Source of the DNA: a virus
Length of the DNA stretch: 64,000 bases
Reading direction: 5' to 3' (one strand)
Virus record (IMG/VR): IMGVR_UViG_3300029882_000012
Span: 1-64,000 of that record
Part shown: positions 1-8,948 of the stretch, in pieces
Layout of the letters: each line of letters begins with the position of its first letter
How positions within the stretch are numbered: the first letter of the stretch is position 1
Program-made: the position numbers and the translations under genes
Notes under the pieces: model-generated
Told to the model about the DNA's origin: nothing
Databases searched by the model: none
Seen by the model: only the letters and a program-made list of their open reading frames with translations

Positions 1-45
1 CTCAAGCCGAAATGACGGCTACTATCTTAATCTAACGTTTTATGT

Positions 46-75
46 CCTTCAGAGTTGACGCTCTGGGGGATTTTT
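46..75 (+). terminator. Rho-independent terminator candidate
   Basis: Stem CCTTCAGAG/CTCTGGGGG (9 bp, two G:U), 6-nt loop, then ATTTTTAATT; would end a + strand unit entering from the left edge. Confidence 0.45.
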
Positions 76-120
76 AATTAAAATCCTTGTTACAAATGTA
101 AACATTTAATTATAAATATT

Positions 121-137
121 ACGGATAATGTATCCGT
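121..137. promoter_or_regulatory. Perfect palindrome ACGGATA-ATG-TATCCGT (half-site shared with elements at 13531 and 23903)
   Basis: 7-bp arms, 3-nt spacer, just downstream of the stop of the 149..328 ORF; could be an operator or a small hairpin. Confidence 0.35.
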
Positions 138-148
138 GTATAAATTAT

Positions 149-328
149 TTAATCTCTTAAAATGTCATTTTTAGCCATCATTTGTCCCTCAACTAATTCC
201 GCTGAAGTTGCTGTTACAATAACCGTCATGTGTGGGTGATGATTATTTGCTAAGTATAACATTAGGGGTTTTGCTGCTTTTTCAAACTCTACCATTTCAA
301 TTGGCAGTTTTTTTACTTTTGTATTCAT
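149..328 (-). CDS. hypothetical protein (59 aa, below track cutoff)
   Basis: ATG at 328, stop at 149-151, read by hand (MNTKVKKLPIEMVEFEKAAKPL...); 3 nt from the next minus-strand ORF. Confidence 0.4.
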   Translation of the reverse strand: MNTKVKKLPIEMVEFEKAAKPLMLYLANNHHPHMTVIVTATSAELVEGQMMAKNDILRD

Positions 329-331
329 AGC

Positions 332-616
332 TTAGTTAACTATTGGTTTGGCTACTAATTTTATTTCGGGTGGTTGCATATCAGAATGTTGCCCCGTTTC
401 AAATAAATATTCGGTCGTTAGTATCAACTCCTTTTTCATGGTTTTCAAGTACTTGATCAATGAATCGATGTCTTGCTCATTATCAATTACATAATCGGTT
501 GTTGTGCCATCCATTTCGGTTGTAAAGCAAACTCCCGCTTCACCTTCAAATACTCCACTATAAATGGTCATGGTATAGTGGATGTTTTCCTCGTCCATTA
601 ACATTAAACTGTTCAT
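332..616 (-). CDS. hypothetical protein
   Basis: Track ORF, co-directional and tightly packed; no motif recognised. Confidence 0.5.
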   Translation of the reverse strand: MNSLMLMDEENIHYTMTIYSGVFEGEAGVCFTTEMDGTTTDYVIDNEQDIDSLIKYLKTMKKELILTTEYLFETGQHSDMQPPEIKLVAKPIVN

Positions 617-638
617 AATTTTTATCGTTTTGTTTGTT

Positions 639-836
639 TTAAATTTTTATTTCGGTTGCATCTTTATAACCATCTGTGTATGCTCGATTATAAAAATTTT
701 CAAATACTTCCCCTATATTTTGCGCCCAATTAATGATTTCACTTGGTTTGGCGGTTAACATATTTACGATTGGTTGCTTATTAAAGTTGGCATAGAATTC
801 ATCGATTGCGTCGGCTTTTCTTTTATCGTTCATCAT
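639..836 (-). CDS. hypothetical protein
   Basis: Track ORF overlapping the upstream gene end by 4 nt; no motif recognised. Confidence 0.5.
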   Translation of the reverse strand: MMNDKRKADAIDEFYANFNKQPIVNMLTAKPSEIINWAQNIGEVFENFYNRAYTDGYKDATEIKI

Positions 837-1573
837 TTTTTATTGGTCATTAAAAATTTATATAATTCATAATTCCACTTGGCATCATCTAAGGCATTGT
901 GTTCATTTTTTTGTTTTGGGTAGCTTTTTTGAGTTTTCATATCAGCCCATTCGGGATCGGGTGAATCCAAATATGGAGTTTGTTTTTCATCAAATATTTG
1001 TTTCAAATCAATACAATACATCGGAAAACCTTTTGGTAAATCAATCATTCTGCCAAACAATGAACAAAATACTACCCAATCATAATCTGCATAATAAGCA
1101 TAAAATTCGGGTTGATTATAAATTAATTCTCTGTTTTTTACATAGCCCCCACTGCCTGATTTCCAATAATATTCAGGTATTTTTGTTTTGTGTTTTTTTA
1201 TATATTCAAACTCATTGGGATAATATATTTCTGCCCAAGCATCATGTCTTGTATAAGTATCTATTAAACCTTGAATTTGTGGATTTATAAAATTAATGAT
1301 ACACTTTGCAATATCTTCATTTGACATCCAAACCTCATACGGTTTCCTATTATTGGGATTAATCGTTGTACCTCTTTCGGGTAATTTTGATAATACATTT
1401 TCCTTCACCCATTCATTAGCATCATCGGAATTAAATTCATTACTTATCGCATAAAAACATCTACCATCTTCTGCTACAATACCTATGCTTATTAAATCAA
1501 TGAAATGCCTTTGTTTGCCATTATCTTGTGTATAGAACCCTTCTATAAATTCGGTATCAATAAAATATTTCAT
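833..1573 (-). CDS. DEDDh-type 3'-5' exonuclease (DnaQ/RNase T-like)
   Basis: Exo I 'FIDTEF', Exo II-like 'YADYDWVVF', Exo III 'HNALDDAKW' (H-x4-D). Confidence 0.7.
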   Translation of the reverse strand: MKYFIDTEFIEGFYTQDNGKQRHFIDLISIGIVAEDGRCFYAISNEFNSDDANEWVKENVLSKLPERGTTINPNNRKPYEVWMSNEDIAKCIINFINPQIQGLIDTYTRHDAWAEIYYPNEFEYIKKHKTKIPEYYWKSGSGGYVKNRELIYNQPEFYAYYADYDWVVFCSLFGRMIDLPKGFPMYCIDLKQIFDEKQTPYLDSPDPEWADMKTQKSYPKQKNEHNALDDAKWNYELYKFLMTNKK

Positions 1574-2202
1574 ATCGTTGGTTTAATTTTCTCCCATTCA
1601 ATTAAATCTTGCTCGATTATCTCATGAAATTCAGGCAATCTTTTAACGGTGATACTACCCCCATGTACGTGTTCGGCTGTCAACCCTGCTTTAACTATCA
1701 TTTTGTAACCGTGTTTTCTGAACTTGTACTCAATGTAAGCATCTGAATACCATATTTTAAGCTGTTCCGGCAATGGATAAACAAGCCGTGCCATTTCTTT
1801 GTTGAAATTTATAAAAATTCCGGCTATTCCCTCGAACACTTCGGTATCGGTTGTGTAGTTTCCTGTATTTGGGATACACCAAACATTTTCTTCTAAATAG
1901 TTACTCCAACCCGGACGCATTATCAGATCGGAGTTCATAATAACTAAGTAGTCGTAGGAATCATTAGCTAAAAAGCATTTAAGCATAACATTCCAACTCG
2001 CAGTCACAAAAATGTTTTTTTCATTTTCAAGCATCCAAACTTTATTCGGATGTTCTGATGAAATTTGTTTGATTGCTTCTTTAACATCGCTTTCAGAATT
2101 GTTATCTATAATCAAAAGGTCGGCTTCGTTAATCACACTTTTAAATGCGCTCAAACAAACGCTACCGTTGTATAAAACAGGAATTCCAATAAGTATTTTC
2201 AT
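1570..2202 (-). CDS. family 2-like (GT-A) glycosyltransferase
   Basis: N-terminal 'KILIGIPVLYNG...LLIIDNNS' GT2 signature; ATG at 2202 in ATGA overlap with the upstream stop (track start 2211 is TTG). Confidence 0.65.
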   Translation of the reverse strand: MKILIGIPVLYNGSVCLSAFKSVINEADLLIIDNNSESDVKEAIKQISSEHPNKVWMLENEKNIFVTASWNVMLKCFLANDSYDYLVIMNSDLIMRPGWSNYLEENVWCIPNTGNYTTDTEVFEGIAGIFINFNKEMARLVYPLPEQLKIWYSDAYIEYKFRKHGYKMIVKAGLTAEHVHGGSITVKRLPEFHEIIEQDLIEWEKIKPTI

Positions 2203-2663
2203 ATTAACCAATTACCGTTACCATCTGAAACTCTGGTGCTATACAAAACATCTTTGCTCCAATTTTCCCTATCTAAAAACATTTCAATTAAAACGTCTGA
2301 TAATTCATGTGGTTTTAGCTGAAGTAATTTTTCACGGGATAATCGGGGACTTTCGTTTAGTGTTTCTTGATTATTAACAACGCTTAATAGCCTTGAAAAA
2401 CTTATCATTCCTCCACCGCAACAATAATCTATATCATGAATGTCCATTAATTTGCAAATGGTGCAGTAAATCCCATCAATTATATGGGCTTGTTCGGCCC
2501 ATTCATTGTAAATCACCTTTTTATTTTCTGTATTACTTAAAAGCTCATTCTCTGGTCTATAAACAAGCAAGCCGTCATTGTTTTCATCAACCGCTAATTC
2601 CTTGTGTGCATCCGCTAATAATTTTTCGGTTTCATCAAATAAATAATTTTCGTATAGTTTCAT
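2199..2663 (-). CDS. hypothetical protein
   Basis: Track ORF with ATG start, coupled to neighbours; no motif recognised. Confidence 0.55.
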   Translation of the reverse strand: MKLYENYLFDETEKLLADAHKELAVDENNDGLLVYRPENELLSNTENKKVIYNEWAEQAHIIDGIYCTICKLMDIHDIDYCCGGGMISFSRLLSVVNNQETLNESPRLSREKLLQLKPHELSDVLIEMFLDRENWSKDVLYSTRVSDGNGNWLI

Positions 2664-2664
2664 T

Positions 2665-3585
2665 TTAATTCCATCTCCTCAAAATAGTTAAACCATTATT
2701 ATTATAGGCACGGAAATCAATTTTCCAATGTGGATTAAACCTTAAAAAGTTTTCAATGGCTCCCCATATTCCACGTCCACACCATACATCGCTTGGTGGC
2801 CCCGGATAAAACCCTTCGCCCGTGTTTTCAAATGAAGTAGTATCATGGAAACCCAAAAAACGCTTCGCTTTATTACCATGTTTTGTTAGTTCACGTTCCA
2901 ACTGCGTATATGTGTGCACAGTGTCGAAAAAAGCAAAATCACACTCCTCAATTTCCACCTCCAAACTACTACCCAAAACGAATTTAAAGTTAGGTGCAAC
3001 GGCTTCAACTTCATCAACTAATGGGTCACGGTAAATGTCATAGCTTGTTAGTGATTTTGGATTGCCTGCAAGCAACGCATAGGTTGATGTGGGTTGTCTT
3101 ACCCCAAACTCGACAATTGTGTCAACCTGTTCGGCTATTGCACGTAAATAGGGTAGTAACTGATTTATATCCGATGGTTTTTCGCACAGTTCATCATACT
3201 TTTTGATAATTGCCTCCATATCGGGTTGTTTTGGCTTATCAGGCACGTTATTTTTCTCTTGTGGAATACTGTTATCCACTTCAACTAAAGTCTTGTCTAA
3301 TGGCTTTATTTCGCCTTGTATGTCGTCTTCGTCTTTTTCAAATTCAATCACTTGTGGTTTTGAAACAATTGTAATGTCTCTGTTTTGCTCGTTATGGTTA
3401 ACAGATTCCACATTTTCATCTGCTTTAATGGATTTAATTAAATTTTTTTCATGCTCAATTTCGGCTTCGGTTTGGTTTACTTTTGCTTTTGGGGGCGGTG
3501 GTGGATTAGTCATTTTTGGAACGCCCGTTTTCTTTGGTTTTTCTGCAACTACTGTATCAGTTGTTTTTTTCGGTCTGCCTGCCAT
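2665..3585 (-). CDS. AT-hook/Lys-Pro-rich N-terminus fused to a class I SAM-methyltransferase-like domain
   Basis: 'MAGRPKK...PPPPPKAK' tail; C-terminal 'IVEFGVRQPTSTYALL' (motif I-like), 'SYDI', 'FFDTVHTY'. Confidence 0.45.
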   Translation of the reverse strand: MAGRPKKTTDTVVAEKPKKTGVPKMTNPPPPPKAKVNQTEAEIEHEKNLIKSIKADENVESVNHNEQNRDITIVSKPQVIEFEKDEDDIQGEIKPLDKTLVEVDNSIPQEKNNVPDKPKQPDMEAIIKKYDELCEKPSDINQLLPYLRAIAEQVDTIVEFGVRQPTSTYALLAGNPKSLTSYDIYRDPLVDEVEAVAPNFKFVLGSSLEVEIEECDFAFFDTVHTYTQLERELTKHGNKAKRFLGFHDTTSFENTGEGFYPGPPSDVWCGRGIWGAIENFLRFNPHWKIDFRAYNNNGLTILRRWN

Positions 3586-3588
3586 GGT

Positions 3589-4050
3589 TTAAGGGATTAA
3601 AATAGTGTGTAAATATAAACTCTTAGCAATGTTGTATTCTTCCAATACACCATCTTTTAATTCCCCTATAAAAATAGCTACACTGTAAAACTTCTTTAAG
3701 TTCTCTAACATAAATTGTCTACTCATTTCAATAGTATTTGATGCGTAATACCAATTTATATCGTTTCCATCCGTCAAACTTTCCATAAATTCAACTATAC
3801 TTAAATCCCATCCTTTTTGCTCTACAATTTTACGTGGCATCGTGCATGAATGTACCTTTAGGTTTGTTTTGCTTTCATGGAGTAGTTCGTTTTGGCTTGC
3901 CCATTTAAAGAACTTTTCTTCAATTTCTTTTAGCTGTTGTCCTTTCAATGTGAAATGAATGCTAAAATCTGTAACACTTTTATATGTGTCACGCTCACCC
4001 ATTGGTTCACCTATATTTTTAAATGCTTTTATTGTTTCTTGGTCTTCCAT
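3589..4050 (-). CDS. hypothetical protein
   Basis: Track ORF with ATG start; no motif recognised. Confidence 0.55.
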   Translation of the reverse strand: MEDQETIKAFKNIGEPMGERDTYKSVTDFSIHFTLKGQQLKEIEEKFFKWASQNELLHESKTNLKVHSCTMPRKIVEQKGWDLSIVEFMESLTDGNDINWYYASNTIEMSRQFMLENLKKFYSVAIFIGELKDGVLEEYNIAKSLYLHTILIP

Positions 4051-4055
4051 GACAA

Positions 4056-4412
4056 TTAAGATTTATGTGGTTGATAAGTTCCTAAAACACCTTCAGCTTC
4101 CCTTGCTAATGTGCGTTCTTCTAACCAATGCTGTGCCTCTTGAAGATGAGTTATCACCAATGATGTTTCACGGCTCGGCACAAGTGATGATTTATATTTT
4201 AAATCCTCAATCATTACCGATAATAAATGCTCGTGCAATGTGCCTTCACGTTTTTCAACCGCTTCGTCTTTTAGCTTTGAACCTCGCACGAATTTGATTG
4301 AATGCGTTTCGCCTGTTTCTACAATTCCTTGTCCGTCTACTACTTCATAAATTGGTAACTCATAATGAGTTCCTTGTTCGACGGTTTTAAATGCTCTTTT
4401 GTTTGTTGCCAT
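4056..4412 (-). CDS. hypothetical phage protein
   Basis: C-terminal 'ITHLQEAQHWLEERTLAREAEGVLGT' resembles a motif I have seen in small phage proteins but cannot name. Confidence 0.5.
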   Translation of the reverse strand: MATNKRAFKTVEQGTHYELPIYEVVDGQGIVETGETHSIKFVRGSKLKDEAVEKREGTLHEHLLSVMIEDLKYKSSLVPSRETSLVITHLQEAQHWLEERTLAREAEGVLGTYQPHKS

Positions 4413-4435
4413 GGCTATGTTTTGGTAATGTGATT

Positions 4436-4720
4436 TTATATAACTGCGTATAAGTCGGATTCTCTCATTATTAAATATTGGTCTCCCTCAATATCAATTT
4501 CTTGTCCTGAAAACTTCCCGTAAAGAACCCTATCACCAACCTGAACTATTAGTGGTAAAATTGTATTGGTTGTTTCAGAACGTTTGCCGTCCCCTATGGC
4601 TACTACCGTCCCAATGACTGATGATTCTTGGGCTGTTTCTGGAATGTAAATCCCGCTTTTTGTTTTAGTTACAATTTCGTCAGGTTGAACAATTATTCGG
4701 TCATGAAGTGGTTTTATCAT
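4436..4720 (-). CDS. groES: co-chaperonin GroES
   Basis: 94 aa; 'IKPLHDRIIVQP...KTKSGIYIPETAQE...GTVVAIGDG...VGDRVLYGKFSGQEI' is GroES along its whole length. Confidence 0.9.
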   Translation of the reverse strand: MIKPLHDRIIVQPDEIVTKTKSGIYIPETAQESSVIGTVVAIGDGKRSETTNTILPLIVQVGDRVLYGKFSGQEIDIEGDQYLIMRESDLYAVI

Positions 4721-4727
4721 TTTGTTT

Positions 4728-5228
4728 TTATTTATAGTGTAGGTTAATAAAGTTATCTATGTTTTCGCTTAAAAGTAGATGGGCGTTGGCTCTTACTTTT
4801 TCATCAGTCCAATCCCACCATTTTATTTGTAAAAGCTTTTCAATTTGTTCGGGATTGAATCGGAATCCTATTGAGCGATGATTGCCGACTATTATTTCAT
4901 AAGGCTTAACATCTTTGGTTACAATTCCACGCATCCCGATTATTGCACCGTCACCTATTGTTACACCCGACATAATTACGCATTGCTCTCCACACCAAAA
5001 GTCATTTCCAATTACCACATCACCTTTAATTTTAAGGTTTAATGGTAAATGCGAGCATCCAGCCATGTTAGCTTGAAATGGATAGGTTGAAACGTTCTTA
5101 TAGTTGTGACTGAAACCTGAATCAATTAATGTATTTTCTCCAAAACTTCCATACTTTCCGATGGTGACATTATTATGATTGCCCCTTAAAATAGGATTAC
5201 CATATGTATATGCTCCAATACTTAGCAT
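4728..5228 (-). CDS. hexapeptide-repeat (LbH) acetyltransferase, xenobiotic/CatB-like
   Basis: Repeats 'VVIGNDFWCGEQCVIMSGVTIGDGAIIGMRGIVTKDVKPYEIIVGN'. Confidence 0.8.
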   Translation of the reverse strand: MLSIGAYTYGNPILRGNHNNVTIGKYGSFGENTLIDSGFSHNYKNVSTYPFQANMAGCSHLPLNLKIKGDVVIGNDFWCGEQCVIMSGVTIGDGAIIGMRGIVTKDVKPYEIIVGNHRSIGFRFNPEQIEKLLQIKWWDWTDEKVRANAHLLLSENIDNFINLHYK

Positions 5229-5231
5229 ACC

Positions 5232-5420
5232 CTATTTTTTAATTTTCGTAAGGTTATCAAAAGCCACTCCAACATTTTTCATTGCATTTTTTTTCTCAAC
5301 CTCTGTGCCGTTGAAGTGCTTGTTTAACTGGCTTACTATTTCTTTGTGGTTGTGGTTTACGGCCATTTCTTCATCCGTTAAAGGCTTTTTTTCGATAGCT
5401 TGTTCTTTTTGCTTTGTCAT
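5232..5420 (-). CDS. hypothetical protein
   Basis: Track ORF, tightly packed; no motif recognised. Confidence 0.45.
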   Translation of the reverse strand: MTKQKEQAIEKKPLTDEEMAVNHNHKEIVSQLNKHFNGTEVEKKNAMKNVGVAFDNLTKIKK

Positions 5421-5422
5421 GA

Positions 5423-5974
5423 TTATTTATATTGATTTCTTATTTGTTCGCATTTTTCAGGTGAATGCCATTTGTCGATTGCGTGATAACCAAGTGAACC
5501 TAATCCCCAAATGGTCTCAACACTAAACTTTTTTGCCGTTTCAATATCGGGCAATTTACCGTTTAATTGTTGTAATCCCTGTGTGAAAAAAATGTCCTCA
5601 TTAACGCTGCCATCGTAAGATATGTGATTAATCACTCTCAACATGGCTTTTGTATCTCTTAAACTTAATCCCCCGTTCATTGCCGGGAATGGTATATGGT
5701 AAAGCGGTGCGCCAATAAAGTCATAATCTAAAAATGCCTCAATCCCTTGCTTTAACAGCATTGCATCTGACTGAAATATCAATACCTTTTCTGCGGGCAA
5801 GTTTCGCCAAAGACGCTTTGAACATAATAAACGGTTGTATTCTGCTGCCGTTGTTGTCGCTTCGTTCTTGATCCAATAAACTTCACATCCTTTGGGCAAA
5901 AACTCTTCAAATTGGGCTATTATTGGCTCAATCCCGGGTCTATTATCAATTATTACCGCTGCAAAAACTGTCAT
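5423..5974 (-). CDS. DUF5672-like protein (glycosyltransferase-associated family)
   Basis: 'VLIFQSDAMLL...DFIGAP...GGLSLR' pattern recalled from DUF5672; not verified by search. Confidence 0.4.
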   Translation of the reverse strand: MTVFAAVIIDNRPGIEPIIAQFEEFLPKGCEVYWIKNEATTTAAEYNRLLCSKRLWRNLPAEKVLIFQSDAMLLKQGIEAFLDYDFIGAPLYHIPFPAMNGGLSLRDTKAMLRVINHISYDGSVNEDIFFTQGLQQLNGKLPDIETAKKFSVETIWGLGSLGYHAIDKWHSPEKCEQIRNQYK

Positions 5975-6300
5975 TACTTTTTACATCTACATTTTATCGC
6001 ATCAAACATTATCAACTCAATTTCTCCGCTACCACCACATACAGGGCATTTAGGTTTATTCACCCATGTTAAGTTTTCAATCTTATTGTTGATAGGTCTC
6101 TTGCTATGAGATAAATATTCAAACTGCTCTTGTGATAGTTCGCTTACTTCTTCAATATAATCGCCTACTGTTGGTGGATTGTTCTCCCAGTACAAATCAC
6201 AAATAGGTTTTATGTTCTTTTCGGGGATAAACCTACCAGTTATTTTGCTTACATAAACATTTCCTGATTTTTCAATATGTGGTGGTAAACGAAGTTCCAT
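5974..6300 (-). CDS. small protein with DnaJ-type CxxCxGxG zinc-finger motif
   Basis: C-terminal 'CPVCGGSGEIE...CRC'. Confidence 0.5.
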   Translation of the reverse strand: MELRLPPHIEKSGNVYVSKITGRFIPEKNIKPICDLYWENNPPTVGDYIEEVSELSQEQFEYLSHSKRPINNKIENLTWVNKPKCPVCGGSGEIELIMFDAIKCRCKK

Positions 6301-6304
6301 TGGG

Positions 6305-7051
6305 TTACATTATTACTTCTTTTTGAAAGTTGGGGTGCTGTTTGAGTAATAAAGGTAATTCATTTTTATCAAAAGATACGGCATTCCACAAATCATGGGA
6401 AACTAAGTGCAACCCCTTGTCTATTGTCATTCCCGGTTCCCATCTTAGATAAACATCGTTTAACCAATTAGGGCGAATTTCAACTTTATGTCCGTGAATT
6501 TCCAATTTATATTTCATTATATCAAGACGTTGGGCTGTACTGAAATGGTATATCCTACATTTGGCTGACCCCTGACCATCAATCCTATGAAGATTAATAA
6601 ATCTTATTGGTTCAAACCCATCGTAGCAACACCAATTGAATGATTTAAAAAAATTGATATATCCACTTACGCCAATATATCTTTTATCACTTACCATTGC
6701 TGTTTCAATAAATGATGCTATATCGGCTGGTTCGAGTATTTCATCTGCATCAAAAGTAAGAATTCCATCAAAGTTTTCCTCTTGTGCAATTTTATAAATT
6801 AATCCTCTGTGCTGATTTTCGGCATAGGCTTGTATATTATGCCATTGTACCTTATTGGATGCTGACAGTGCAATGTCCCTTAATTCATCTTCACTATCTG
6901 GACAAACTAATTGTGTATTATAACCGTAAGATGGTTTCGATGTGTAAAGCATTACTATCTTTTCAACAAATGGTTCGACGGCCTTTATAGCTTCTGAAAG
7001 GTACTCAATTCCGTAATGTAGGGGACAATATGCAATGATTCTGTTACTCAT
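6305..7051 (-). CDS. family 2-like (GT-A) glycosyltransferase
   Basis: 'IIAYCPLHYGIEYLSEAIKAV...', acidic 'FDADEI' (DxD-like). Confidence 0.6.
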   Translation of the reverse strand: MSNRIIAYCPLHYGIEYLSEAIKAVEPFVEKIVMLYTSKPSYGYNTQLVCPDSEDELRDIALSASNKVQWHNIQAYAENQHRGLIYKIAQEENFDGILTFDADEILEPADIASFIETAMVSDKRYIGVSGYINFFKSFNWCCYDGFEPIRFINLHRIDGQGSAKCRIYHFSTAQRLDIMKYKLEIHGHKVEIRPNWLNDVYLRWEPGMTIDKGLHLVSHDLWNAVSFDKNELPLLLKQHPNFQKEVIM

Positions 7052-7060
7052 AAATTCATT

Positions 7061-7261
7061 TTAAAATATTTTCAATTGCGCCAACCTCAAAGCCATTGCC
7101 GTCTGTGATACATCAAATGTTTTCGCTAATTGCTTTAACGCTTCATCGGATGTTAAATCAAACGTTATTTTTTTAACCTCTTGTTTTACTAAATGTGCAG
7201 GCATCAACAAACACATGGCAAAATAATTGGCTTCGGCTTCTGATATATTATCTTTTCTCAT
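7061..7261 (-). CDS. ImmA/IrrE-like fragment (C-terminal part only, possible remnant)
   Basis: 'EAEANYFAMCLLMPAHLV' matches the conserved E-x-x-AN-x-FA-x-x-LLMP block, but no HExxH is upstream; 66 aa; 14-nt overlap with the GT gene. Confidence 0.45.
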   Translation of the reverse strand: MRKDNISEAEANYFAMCLLMPAHLVKQEVKKITFDLTSDEALKQLAKTFDVSQTAMALRLAQLKIF

Positions 7262-8132
7262 AAAGTTCCTTAATTGCCAATGCCATGTGTTTAAATGTGT
7301 GATTGTTTAATGCTAATTCATGCCCACATTTTGCAATATCTTCTCTCGCTCTTTCGGCATCTAATATTTTATCAATCCAATATTTTAAGTTGTCAATATC
7401 CGTCCAATAAATAACGGTTGATGGGTCAAAGTCTTCGGTAACGCCTTTATATCCATGTGTTAAAACACAAGTACCGCTAAGCAGCATCCGAAACATTCTA
7501 TCACTTGTATAACGTTCGTAATCGAAGTGACTTAAATTAATGCCTATTTTAGCCCGTCTGTACATATCGGCTTCATCCTTTTGATTGTTTAATGAGCCGT
7601 CTGGCTGTCCAGAACCGAAAGCTTTAAACCTATCACCATAAACCCTTTTAAGTTCACGTACCATATCAACACGCATTCTACTCAATGGAAAATGTCCGAA
7701 TGTATTTCCGCAAAAAACTATATCAACATCTTTAGTTACATTACTATCGGGATGATAAATCATTTCGTCCGCACCAATTTGTAAGTATTCGGCATTATAC
7801 CCTAATGATTTTAATGTTTTAACATCATTCATGTTACTGAAACAAGTTAAATCAACGTATTTAGCATATTCAAAATAACACGGGGGAATAACCGCACGTA
7901 CATCGCCACTCCAGTTTATTACAAAACAACCTATATTTTTTAAATGTTGCAGAGCCTGTGATGATATGCCACTGTCTTGTGGCTGCAAAAAGGCAATGTC
8001 ACCCGATTTTAGCCCCATGATGCCATTATTTACATCTTTCATAGGAATATCTACGAATTCATCACAAACACTTCTCACAGCGTCTGTAAATCCATTTTTT
8101 CCTCCCATAACTCCAGCGTAGATGATTTTCAT
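7248..8132 (-). CDS. CgeB/GT1-like glycosyltransferase
   Basis: C-terminal half resembles the Glyco_trans_1_2/CgeB pattern ('IGINLSH...YTSDRMFRMLLSGTCVLT...'). Confidence 0.5.
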   Translation of the reverse strand: MKIIYAGVMGGKNGFTDAVRSVCDEFVDIPMKDVNNGIMGLKSGDIAFLQPQDSGISSQALQHLKNIGCFVINWSGDVRAVIPPCYFEYAKYVDLTCFSNMNDVKTLKSLGYNAEYLQIGADEMIYHPDSNVTKDVDIVFCGNTFGHFPLSRMRVDMVRELKRVYGDRFKAFGSGQPDGSLNNQKDEADMYRRAKIGINLSHFDYERYTSDRMFRMLLSGTCVLTHGYKGVTEDFDPSTVIYWTDIDNLKYWIDKILDAERAREDIAKCGHELALNNHTFKHMALAIKELYEKR

Positions 8133-8134
8133 GG

Positions 8135-8494
8135 TTAACCTATTAATGAGATTGGTCTATTATCGTTTAATGGTCTGATTTCTTTTCTATCCCAACCGTA
8201 AGGCTTTATTCCGCTATCGCCAAAATCCGGAATTCCTTTTACGCTGCATGATAATCCCAATATTTTAATTAATTCCCATCTTCTATCATCCGAATCGCTA
8301 TACTCTTTTTGTGAGTTTAAATAATTCTCATATACTGTCGGTCTTACGTGATAAATATAACCGTTTTCTTCCCGTCCAATATTATCAGAATATTCCCGTC
8401 TATATGCCAATTCAAACCTCATTGCATTTTCTTCCAATCGTGGCAATATTTCGATTAGTCTACGAAGTTCAGCCAATTGTTGTTCTCTTTGCAT
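8135..8494 (-). CDS. hypothetical protein
   Basis: Track ORF, tightly packed; no motif recognised. Confidence 0.55.
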   Translation of the reverse strand: MQREQQLAELRRLIEILPRLEENAMRFELAYRREYSDNIGREENGYIYHVRPTVYENYLNSQKEYSDSDDRRWELIKILGLSCSVKGIPDFGDSGIKPYGWDRKEIRPLNDNRPISLIG

Positions 8495-8832
8495 TATTTT
8501 ATTTTTAAAGGTTTAATTCTTTTATCAGCGTTCTCAATCCACCCGATTGCCAGCTTATTGATTTTTATATTCCATGTATCATGGTCAATTTCACCGCCTA
8601 TGTACGGAAAAAACTCTTTCTTTCCTATGCCGATTGCCTTTTTAAATTCGTCGTTAACATCAATGTCGGCATACACCACACCATTTTCCTTTCGCAATAT
8701 AGCCATTCCAATAGGTTCATCACTTTCAAAAGTTGCGGTTATTTTGATAGGCGTTATGAATGTTGCTGTCTTAATCAAGACATCATTGTGGGTAAATCCC
8801 TCGATGAACACAACGGAGTTTAAGATTTTCAT
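8494..8832 (-). CDS. hypothetical protein
   Basis: Track start 8883 is TTG; first ATG is at 8832 (MKILNSVV...). Confidence 0.5.
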   Translation of the reverse strand: MKILNSVVFIEGFTHNDVLIKTATFITPIKITATFESDEPIGMAILRKENGVVYADIDVNDEFKKAIGIGKKEFFPYIGGEIDHDTWNIKINKLAIGWIENADKRIKPLKIK

Positions 8833-8948
8833 TAGTGTATTATTTTGAAGATATGAACGATAATAATTGCGGTTACAATGCAAGCCCCAATCACATATAC
8901 ATAGGGCATTATGATTTCTTGTATTTTTCGGATAGTGGTTTCATATTA

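Noticed and set aside
4056-4412. Considered calling this small protein an anti-CBASS or Thoeris nucleotide sponge (Acb2/Tad-like)
   Set aside because: I recognise the C-terminal motif only vaguely and cannot tie it to a named family from memory. An HMM or structure search is needed before making such a claim.
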